Shown: piece after piece, positions 1 to 10,300 of the stretch
How positions within the stretch are numbered: the stretch's first letter is position 1
Layout of the letters: each line of letters opens with the position of its first letter
Assembly: GCA_963693365.1 (NCBI GenBank)
Contig: CAVNZM010000004.1
Span: 10,320,468-10,384,467, forward strand
DNA: 64,000 nt
Source: Amoebidium appalachense
Lineage: Eukaryota > Protista > Ichthyosporea
Direction of reading: 5' to 3'
Position numbers and translations under genes: made by a program
The notes under the pieces: generated by a model
Told to the model about the DNA's origin: nothing
Database searches by the model: none
The model's input: only the letters and a program-made list of their open reading frames with translations

Positions 1-877
1 ATGGCAGGAAGGGGCGCCACTTAGTAAAGACGGCGGCTGCCCACGGATCCAAAGAGGGATAAGCTGCCATACCAAGATCGTACATCTTGTTACAGAAACT
101 TTGCAACGCCTGTGTCAATATATTGCTACAGGTGGTGTCCTCCGTCTGCTCGACCTGCATTCGGAACTTGGTTCCAAAATGCATGATCGATGCAAAGTCT
201 GCGGGCAGGCCGGGAATGTCTAAGAGCGATGTAAGCACGTGTCCGTGTTGTGGGTGTACGTATGGCGCATAGTGCGGGTCGTTGCAAGGGCAGGGTTGTG
301 CAAGGATGTTTGCAATGGTGTCCTGCGGGAGTCGTGCGGTGTGTTTGCAGTTGATAGTGGTGTAGCCCAGGGTAGACACATATTTCCACACAGCAGAGAT
401 ACGGAATTTACGCATTTCAAGCGGCAGGAGAGCATGTATTTCTTTGTCTTTGATGATGCGTTGCAAAGGGATTCTATCGAGCCCGGAGTTGTGAAACACA
501 GACACCAACATCACATGGGGTTGCGACACGTCAACACGTTCAAGTTCAAAACGACTACGCAATTCACGTTTGAGGCACGCAGCAATCTGTGAAAGGCGAG
601 GTTGAGCAATGCCGGTGGGGAAAGCAAGGAGGTGCTCCTTCATCCTAACGATGTTGGAGGTGTTAAAGCGGTGTAGATATGCAGAGGAAAAGATACCACG
701 AGACATAAGACTATCGATGTGCAGTAGTCGGCGTGTGAAGCGGCGCGAAAGAAATATGCGTGAGGGGTGTATAGGAGGCAGGTTGGGTGCAGGTGCAGGT
801 GCAGGTGCAGGAGAGGGTGGAGGGGGTGTAGGAGGGGGTGTGTTGTGGAGAGCAAGCCGTGCACGCATATACAGCAT
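1..877 (-). mobile_element. Penelope-like retroelement (Naiad/Chlamys type) ORF, region N-terminal to the RT, running off the left edge; lies in a RanGAP1 intron
   Basis: Manual translation gives a stop-free minus-strand frame from ATG 877 to the window edge (absent from the ORF track): ...FHNSGLDRIPLQRII...LLP...WKYVSTLGYTTINCK...PCPCNDPHYAPYVHPQHGHVLTS...MHFGTKFR. This matches the F.N.G.D / CxC...GHV.T...G.K(Y/F)R pattern recalled for Naiad/Chlamys PLEs. It starts just after a poly-C run on its own strand. Confidence 0.75.
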
Positions 878-938
878 GGGGTTGTGCACACGTGTGGGGG
901 GGGGGGGGGGGGGGGGGGGGGGTTGGTATTAACATTAC

Positions 939-1178
939 CTGCAATGATCCTTCCCCCCTCCTTGCCCAGACCATTGTTGTTGAGATAGACTGCCTGTTTA
1001 GATATACCAAGTTAGTGCTGGGAACCTGATACCGGGATATCTATACTCCTGATTCGTTGTGTGTGTGTTTCATCTTTCTTTCTCTCTGGTAACTCTTTCT
1101 TTCCTTTTTTTGCCCCATAGATAGGTGGAGAGGTGGAAGAGGAAGTTGCGGTTGGTATGTACGGGAGGGGAGGGCCAA

Positions 1179-1209
<31 letters not shown>

Positions 1210-1786
1210 GGGGAGGGGGGGGGGAGGGGAGGGGGGGGGGGGGGGAGGAGGCAAATGCACAATGCAAAGACAAGCACACAATGCAGCAGATTCACAGGGG
1301 TCTCATGCTTGCAGCACCACGGCAGACGACAAAATATTCACACGGGAGTTGAGGGGAAGGGGGATGAAGGGGGAATTAAGCGCCCATGAAGAAAACCAGG
1401 GGCGGGGAGGGGGAGGCAGCTGGGAGGGGGGGGGGGGGGGGGGGGGGGGTCGTGCCTGTATGTTTGTATTTGTGGACAGAAGATGGGACATAGCTTGGGC
1501 CCCAATGGGGCCAAATGCATTGTCGCTAAAATTAACAACCCTTAGGGATTGGATGGCGCTGTGTAATAAATGAACACAGTCAGTGTTGATCTAGATCAGC
1601 CGAAGGATTCACACACACACACACACATACACACATGCACCTGCATCACACGAATACAGGCATGAACATGCACACGTACCCCCCTCCTCCCCTCCCCCCA
1701 CCCACGGCTTCCCCCAACAATACACATGTACGTGTGTTACCCCCCCTCCCCCCCCCTCCCCCCCCCCCCCCACCCACCCACCCACC

Positions 1787-1825
<39 letters not shown>

Positions 1826-2174
1826 GGCCCACACACACACCCCACACATTCATTCATAAACAAACGGACACCCGGGTACACACACATGCATGCACCCACA
1901 CCTACCCACCCATTCACACACACACACACTCTCTCTCTCCCCTCCCCCCCCCCCCCCCCCCCTCTTTCTCCCTCTCTTTCTTTCTCTCTCCCATCCCCCC
2001 TCTCTCGCCACCTCCCCCCTCTCCCCCCTCTCTCCCCCCTCCCCTCCCACCCCTCCCCCCTTCCCCCGCTTCCCCCCTCTTTCCCCAACGCCCCCCTCCC
2101 CTCCCCCCCCCCCCCCCTCTCTCTCTCTCACTCTCTCACTCACTCACTCTCTCTCACACTCTCACACACACACA

Positions 2175-2227
<53 letters not shown>

Positions 2228-3505
2228 CCCCCCCCTCTCTCTCTCTCTTCTCCCTTGCACCCACCATAGTGTCTGTCCAAATGCAGACACTGCCGGGGGA
2301 ATCTCAGCCGTTGTTCTCCCAGTGAAGATATCGCTAAGGTCTGCAACCTGCATTGGCCCCAGCCGTCACGTCAGATAATATTTTTGAACCTCTATGTAAC
2401 TACATCTTCATTGCAATGTTGTCTCTAGAGCACTGATGTTTCCGCCTCTCCATCTCCCCTCCTTCCCCCCCCTCCCCACCGTCACCCTCTCCTCCTCTCT
2501 CTCTCCGCCCGCCGGGCTGACAAATGATGAAGTAGGCAGATACCTCTACTATGTTGGATTCAATACCCATTGTGATAATCGGAATACATAATTATTTCCA
2601 TCTGCATTCAATCATCATTCACGACAAACCAGTGCACATGCATCAACAGTGGGGCTTAAACGACACACGAGAGTAAATGAAACACATCGATACCTTGTGT
2701 CGTGGAATCCAACCCATGCTTTATTTGCTACAATACCTAACCCAATGTGCTAACTAATGACACTAATTGAAGCTAATGACACTAATTGAAGCCAATTGAT
2801 GCACACAGTACCTGCAGATGGTTCTGCTGGTTCAGGGACGTAGCTATGGCACGTGCAGCGTCCGGTCCAATACCTGTTCATTACAGTTAGCCAAAAATGG
2901 TTATTACCACTGGCTCTAACGTTTATCACCGGTGAAATGAAGATACATAGTAAAAAAACACAGGTGTAACTGCGGCTATTTTTCAGGCACCGACAAAAGA
3001 AGTTTGAAAAGAAAAACGTTTTCCGGGAAGGGGGGGGGAAGGGGCGAATAATAACGAAAAGACCTTGAGCTATGGAAACCCCCTCGATTGTCAACCCTCC
3101 TTCTCCCCCCCCCCCCCTCCCCCTCCCTTTCAAATCCCTCTCCCTCGCCCCCCCCTCCCCCCCCCCCCCCTTTTTCCCCGTCTTTTCTTTACAAGAAGGC
3201 GCTCTTAGTTTTGTACTGGGAAGGTGGGGAGGGGATCCGTGAGAGGAGTGGGGTGCAGGGGGGAGCAGGGAGGGGGGGGAGGGGGGAGGGGAGGGGGGGG
3301 GGGAGGGGGGAGGGGAGGGGGGGGGGGGGGTGTTAGGAAGGGGGGCAATCTTCTTCTTCATCTCCACCTCCTTCTCTCCCCGTATACTTCCTTTCCTACC
3401 CTACACAACCCCTCCGTTCCCCACTCCCCTTCCCCAACACCCACCCCGTCCTACCCGATGCAAAAAAAAAAAAAGCATAATTTTTACATTTACCCCCAAT
3501 CGCAT

Positions 3506-3544
<39 letters not shown>

Positions 3545-4812
3545 CCCCCCCCCCCCCCCCCCCCACCTCCCCTACCCCTCCCCCCTCCCCCTTTTCCTCT
3601 GGCGCCCCAAACACAAAGACACATAGCTCTTGCCCACACCTCTCCCCATCCCAGCCCACCTTCCCACCAGCCCCTGTTTCCCATCCCTCCCACATATCCC
3701 AACCTCCCACACAAAAACATGCGTGCAGACCCCCCCTCTCCCTCTCCCTCCCCCCCCCCCCCCCCCCCCCCCCCCCCACACACACACACGTACTTGTAGT
3801 GCTCAGCTTGATCTTTGTGAGCATCAGGTTATTCTGCATATACAGCACTATATCCTCCACGTCACTGGCTGTGTTGAGTTTCAACGACCGCCCATCCAGT
3901 GACAGAGCCACCTCGATAACCGGCCTCGGCCCTGTGTGTGCCTAGAAAGGGAGGGGGAGAGGGGGAGGGGGGAGCGAAGGGGGGAGAGAGGGGGGGGAGG
4001 GGGGGGGGGGGGGGAGGGGGGAGGGGGGGGGGGGGGGGGGGGGGGTTCAGAACCAAAGTCACCGATACTACAACCCTGCCTTCTTCCTTTCTCGAGCAAC
4101 CAACAAACTCGTCATGTAAACCAGTATGCATCTACAGCAATCCAACCCCCACGGTCACCAAGCCCTAGAGTGTTCGAATTCGTAATTAGTAGCGGCCAGG
4201 ATCATGCTTTGTCCCCCAACACCCCCCTCCCCCTCCCAGCTCCCTCCCCCCCCTCCCCCCTCCCCACCCCAACCCCCCCCCCCCCCCAAAAAAAAATAAA
4301 AGTAAAAATCAAATACATGTATAAACCCTCCCCCTCCTTCAACACTATCTTCATTCTCTCTACGACTATTCATTAGCACTGGCTGGGACAACGATGAGTA
4401 ATGGAAGCCGTCGAAGGGTCAGCGGGATAGATCAACAGAGCAGAGAAATAGGTCGATTGAAAAGGAGGTCAGCAAAAGTCTGCAAAAGACGGGCAAGAGG
4501 GGGGGGGGGGGGGGGGGAGGAGGGGGGGGGGGGGGGGGGGGGGGGGAGAGGGGGGCGGTGGGAGAGAGCGGCGGGGCTGGCGGGGGGTGGAGGGGAAATG
4601 GACAGGGAGAGGAGGACAAGAGTCACCAAAAGGGGTCTCTTGAAGAGGTACGGGTCAGGGAGCCCTATGAAATTACTGCGAGTTTTAAAGGCCTCATGTC
4701 GTGGGCCTGTGCGTTCATGTGTATGCTTTTTCTGTGGTTCGGGTGTCACCGTGTGTGCAAGCACCTTTACGTGTTTGATGGTAAAACTGATTGATGTGCG
4801 AGATTGAGACAT
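939..4812 (-). CDS. RANGAP1: Ran GTPase-activating protein 1, 5' exons; the gene continues beyond the left edge
   Basis: Exons 3794-3941 (LSLDGRSLKLNTASDVEDIV), 2812-2873 (IGPDAARAIATSL), 2265-2347 (DLSDIFTGRTTAEIPPAV), 1456-1558 (LRVVNFSDNAFGPIGAQAM) and 939-993 (VYLNNNGLGKEGGRIIA) join in frame and reproduce RanGAP LRR motifs. The start at ATG 4812 and the first exon are tentative. Confidence 0.9.
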
Positions 4813-5408
4813 CTTCAAGGGCTGAAGTAGCAACACTTTTTTAGGGCCTCAAGGGGTTATGTTGGGATCCTGTGGCGGGAGGTGGTGGGGATGTGGTGCG
4901 GTGGAGTGCGGGGGGGAAGTGGAGGGGGGAAGGGGAAGGGGAAGGGGGCCGGGGGGAGGGGTAACGGGGGGGAAGGAGGTGTTTACCATGTTGGCGATGT
5001 TCAATCACACAGGAGATTCTTGTAAATGAGCGCTGCTGTAAGCAGACGGGGGCAAGGACGACTCCCGTGTAGCTGCGAACGTACAGCTGTGTGTGGCCCA
5101 CACGCTTACTTCAGGTTGCGTGTTCTATAGGTGTGCAACAGAACAGCGTGTAAGTGTGCGTTTCGTATAGAACATGAGTATATTTTTATTAGCAGCGAAC
5201 GTAAGTTCCTTTAACCGGAAAAGAAAAAAGCTGTGGACTCTGGAGAGTATGCGGAAACCAATGAAATAACATATTAAAGGGCTATATATGGTAACAAAAC
5301 ATTATCGAGCCAAAAAAGGAAAATGGCGCCAAACTTTCTACCAATCAGTGTTCACTCGGCTGAGCCTCCTGCCTGGGGCCGCGCAGCGGCCTCGGAGGTT
5401 CTCAAGAA

Positions 5409-5455
<47 letters not shown>

Positions 5456-5537
5456 TTTTTCTTTCTTTCTTCCTTTCTTTCTTTTTTCTTTCTTTCTTTC
5501 TTTTTTTCTTTCTTTCTTTCTCTCTTTCTTTCTTTTT
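5409..5537. repeat. (CTTT)n microsatellite
   Basis: Directly visible imperfect TTTC array. Confidence 0.95.
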
Positions 5538-5699
5538 AGCTTGCTTTCTCTCTTCCCACGGTAAGCCTTTCGAACCAAATAAGACTCAGCCGTTAGCCTT
5601 TGGAACCAAATAAGGCTTGTTCATGGTATTTTTAAGCGGTGATTGGACTACCACGCACCCAAGACCATATATAGAAGTGGGTACTGATATTGGACTCCT

Positions 5700-6022
5700 A
5701 GTATTGCAATTGGGCAATCAAATCGTTCAGACTTTCCGGTAATTGATAAAGGGGCGGCTATCCCCAGGGTTTACCGCACGCGCGGGGTACTTCAAGGGTC
5801 CCTGCTAAGTCCTCTTCTTTTCAACCTGTATATTGATGATTTAGCCGACACTCTTTCTGCGGCACAAATTGACGGGGGGTTGCCATCCCAGGCTCCCCCC
5901 GCCCTCTTTTTTGCCGACGGTATTGTGCTTATGTCATCCGATCCTCTCGAACTACGGCAATACATTCGTGTGGTTGAACATTGGTGCCAGCGCAACGATA
6001 TGCAGATTAATGTCAAAAAGTG
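5700..6022 (+). pseudogene. Non-LTR retrotransposon (LINE) reverse transcriptase, left fragment
   Basis: Reads RTRGVLQGSLLSPLLFNLYIDDL...LFFADGIVL...WCQRNDMQINVKK (RT motifs). The catalytic FADD is mutated to FADG. Left boundary approximate. Confidence 0.9.
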
Positions 6023-6558
6023 GGTGCTACCCTCAATTCCCAAGCTCCTAGGGTGTGACGTAATATTTGGCACGAAATTTATTTGGCACGAGCCTGCAAA
6101 ACGGTGAAAATGGGGCAGGATGTCGCCCAGGCACCGACAGGAGCTTGGGGATACCCCTGGATGTGCTCCGCTAGCGGGCTGGTGCCAAATAAATTCGTGC
6201 CACATTTTACGTCACCAGGTTCGTGCCAAATTATTTGGTGCCAAATTTATTTGGGGCATAAATGGGTCGGTTCGAACTATTATGGGTCGAATCAGCTCGA
6301 ATCGTTCCTGACCCGTTTTCTGACCCGTTTTTGTGGCTCATCGTTGGTGGCGTCTGATTCGAGGAATAAACTCGAAAGGCGGGCTAAGCAAGACCACGTC
6401 AACCACGTGCAGGTGGTGGCGTACTTGAACGGGCAGTCACAGCCTGGACTGGCAGTTGACAGGTGTGACACAGCGCTAGCATCCTTAGCATATTGCAGTA
6501 GGCTCATATAAAAATAATAAAAACAGACATCACCCTTTAATGCTCGATCATAACTGAC

Positions 6559-7030
6559 ACTACAATAAGGGGCGCGGCACCCCGTGAATGTGACGTCACA
6601 AGTGACGTCACATTCACGCGGTCCCGCACCCCTTAGGATATGGGATATGTGAATATGAGATATGTGATATCTGTGTACACATATCGCGATATGGGATATA
6701 TGTGATATGGGTGGATATATGTACATGAGCACGTGCACACACTGTGTGTGTGTGTGTGTGTGTAAAACACGTGCAGAGCACGTGGTTTTAATTAAATGAT
6801 TAAACAATTAAAGAGAGAGAGAGGGCGTGTCACGTGTACGCGTACGTGTACGCGTACATGTGGTGCGTACACAAGTGCGGATCAAAGGAATGCGAAGGTT
6901 TGCGCAAGGCGTCCAATGGGAATTCGAATTCTGAATTCCATGTACAAGGCGTCCAATGGTATTACGGATGCGCAGGGCGGCCAATGATAATTCGGCTCAA
7001 AAAAGCAAATTGCCGCACAAGGCGTCCAAT
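6559..7030 (+). repeat. Left terminal inverted repeat
   Basis: Reverse complement of 24952-25421 apart from a few substitutions and short indels. Confidence 0.95.
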
Positions 7031-7117
7031 GAGCATTAAGGACAGCACATTCCATCCCCAAGGCGTCCAATGAGCGCCCGGATCGGTCTATCTGGGTCTC
7101 TTATTGGACGCCTTAGG
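6906..7117. promoter_or_regulatory. Array of AAGGCGTCCAAT (CCAAT-box) motifs, probable PolB promoter
   Basis: Copies at 6906, 6946, 7019 and 7060, a variant at ~6976 and an inverted copy at 7103. The motif recurs at 21236 and 24913 upstream of other element genes. Confidence 0.55.
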
Positions 7118-7351
7118 TACACAGGCGGCCGCCGCGACCACACACACACACAAACAAACACGTACCGACGTTGTTTTTTGCAAGATGTTTGCTTTGGAGA
7201 TTTATTGCACAGGCACAGGCTTGTTATTTTGCATACCGTTCTTTATTGAGGCGTTGCCCTGGCACAGCCAGGCTTAGCCTAGTAATTATTAAGTAGATTG
7301 ATACTTGAGATTTATAAGATTACAGCCTGAGATCTAAGGTTACCATTCAAG

Positions 7352-10300
7352 ATGTTCAGAGAGAGCCAGGAAGAGTTTGAAGATGACCTGTTGCGGGCAC
7401 TGGATGCCGACCCGCAACAGGTCCTGCAAGCCCACCCGTTTCTGCAGGCCATGTTGGCCCCACCACCCCCACCCCCACCCCCTCCCCGGCCTCCCCCCGG
7501 CCCCCGCCCCCATCAACCACCCCGTTGACCCCCAGATCATTGCCATGCCCGCCGAGGGCAACTGGCGGCTGCGTTCCCGTGTCGATGACATGCAGGCACG
7601 GGGACTGGGTGTGCGTGGCCACACCCTCGAGTACCAACCCCTGCGCACCCTTGACGTCACCGAGTTCCCCCAGTTCTTTGCTGCCATGCTGTTTGATGCC
7701 ATTGCCCGTGCAGATGTGCAGGTGGGGGACATGCTGATTGTGCGTATCATCAGCCTGCACGTGCAGGCCAACGGTGTGGACAACCAGGTGGGGGATGACG
7801 GCAACCCCAATGCCGATGTCACCAACCGGAGGGTGTTTACGGCCGGCCCCATGGACGTGTTCAATGGTGATGTCAACGCCGTGGTGCTCAAGCTGATGGA
7901 GAACATACGTCAACGTACCCAGAGTGCAGCCGAGACCTTCATGGACGGCCGATCCAGCGTGCATCTGACAGTGGCCCGGCCCAAGAACATGGTGAGGAGG
8001 GGGGCCTGCGGCACCCTGTCCACCACCACGGGGGTGAATGCACGGTGGCTGCAGGATCTGGTGGAGGCCAAGGCCGTGGTGGATGTGACCACCCTGGTGC
8101 AGGATGCCTGCACCACCGACGACCCACAGGTGACAGGGGAGACCTGCCAGGACCATCAGCAGCTTCACGGCTTTGCCTACGGCCCCAACTGTGCCCAGCT
8201 GTGCCTGGTGTACTGCATGGTGATGTGGCTCAAGAAGGCAGCCAATGGCAACGAGCAGGCCAACCTGCCCACCGAGCACACACGCAAGGTGCTGGGCAAG
8301 GGGGGCAACCTCATGGATCGCAAGGACCACCACGTGCTGTGCCACCTGCTGACCCCGGAGGAGGTGGTGGGGGTCGGCAACACGAACCTGGGGAGGTCCA
8401 GATCTGCCGGCTGTGGGGTGTGCAACCTGCTGTTCCCACCCACAGACTACCGTAGCCACTTCAAGGACCGTTACCTGCGGAGACTGGTGAGGGCCACCCA
8501 CGTGCTGTGGGCCAAGTACGACCTGCCCGTGCCTGCAGAGGACGGCCTGACGGTGGATGAGCTGGGTGCAGCCGTGGATGCCCTCAACACGGCCATTGCC
8601 GAGCAGCCCGAGTCAGTGACCCGCCTGCGGCTGGTGGTGGTGGACATGGACAGCAAGGGCAGGGTGCTACGCCGGTACGGGGACCTGAGCACGGCCCTAC
8701 CCCCCTCCAAGCTGTGCACCATGTACTTGGCCCACTCCCAGAAGCTGGGGCACTTCACGGCCATCACCTCGAGTGTCAGCACGGCCATCGAGCGCCTGCG
8801 GCACGACAACCACACGGGTGAGGCACGTCGGAGCCTCAGCACCTGCTTCCACTGCAACCAGACCGTGCAAGCCAAGAACATGGGGGTGCACCGTTGTGTG
8901 AACCGGTGTGAGAACTGTGGATCAAAGGGGGACCGCAACGACCAGGCCAACGCCTGTGTGTGGACCCCCGAGCGCCGTCTGCAGCTTGCACGGGCAGGGG
9001 AGGAGGCATGGCCTTACCGTTGTGACGACTGCTGTGGTCTCTTCCCTTCAGCCAAGTGCATGGCCAACCACAGCACCAGGCTCAAGGGGGTGGGGGCCAG
9101 GGCCGACGGCCGGCAACAATCCTTCTGTGACACCGTGTTCTGGTGCCGGCTGGCCACGTGCACCCACGGTCTGCAGGGGTACCGGGTGTTTGGCAGTGGG
9201 GATGATGCCCGTAGGGTGTGTGTGTCGGGCAACCCTGCCGGCCGGTTCCTCTACAAGTTCAAGTACGCCAGCGTGTGCCGGCTACGTCGGTTGCACACCG
9301 CCCAGGAGCAAGGGGGGTACGATGCAGGTGCAGATGCGGGAGCCAACGACGAGGGGGAGGACTGGGGCTGGGGCACGGACACGGAGGAGGACTCGGATGC
9401 CGAGGATGCCGACTCAGACCCCCCACCCGGCCTTGCCGACTCGTCGGACGACGAAGGTGACGATGATGACAACGGCGATGGCATCGACCTCGTGCAGATG
9501 TCTGAGGGGGAGGGGGATGACGGGGGTGAGCACGGGGGCAAGAAGAAGGACGACACGTGGACACAGCACCTGTGCACCGACTACGACTGCAAGGGCTGTG
9601 GGGGGTACATGCCCGGCAACCACACGTGCCTCATACGCAGCAAGCGTGACCAGCGACGTGTACATGTGCACGCACACGGATGCAGACGGCACGGCGTGCG
9701 ACAGGGTGGCGTGCTACTCCAACGAGCATGGGCAGGGGGAGGAGGGGGAGGAGGAGGAGGGGGAGGGGGGAGAGTCACCTGCACGGCAGAGGGCCAGGGT
9801 GGATGGTGCCGACGGCAGGGTGGGTGCACACGTGTGCAAACGGCACGTGCCCGACGACGATGGCAGCAGGGGGCCCGGCCGTGGAAGCAGACCCGGCAGC
9901 CCATCAGGGACATCGTGCTGGACTTCGAGACCATGCCCGTGCCTGCCCCCGACCACACGGCCGAAAACCCCCACTTCATCCACATCGTGTACCACGCCGT
10001 GGCCATGTACGTCGAGCCAATGGACGGCCAGCCCTCAACCCCCATCGTCTTCTGGCCGGAGGACTCGGCCGACGGCAAGAACGGGTGGGATGTGCTGATG
10101 GAGGACCACCACCACGTGATTGACAAGGTGGTGGCATGGCTGTTCGACACACCAGCCCATGCCGGCGGCCGGGTGTACTGCCACAACGGCAGTGGCTTTG
10201 ACTTCCACTTTGTGACCAAGAGGGTGGTGGGCAGCCAGGACTACGTGTACGTGCCCATCATGGCCAACAGCAAGATCAAGTCCTGCCGTATACGCCACTA

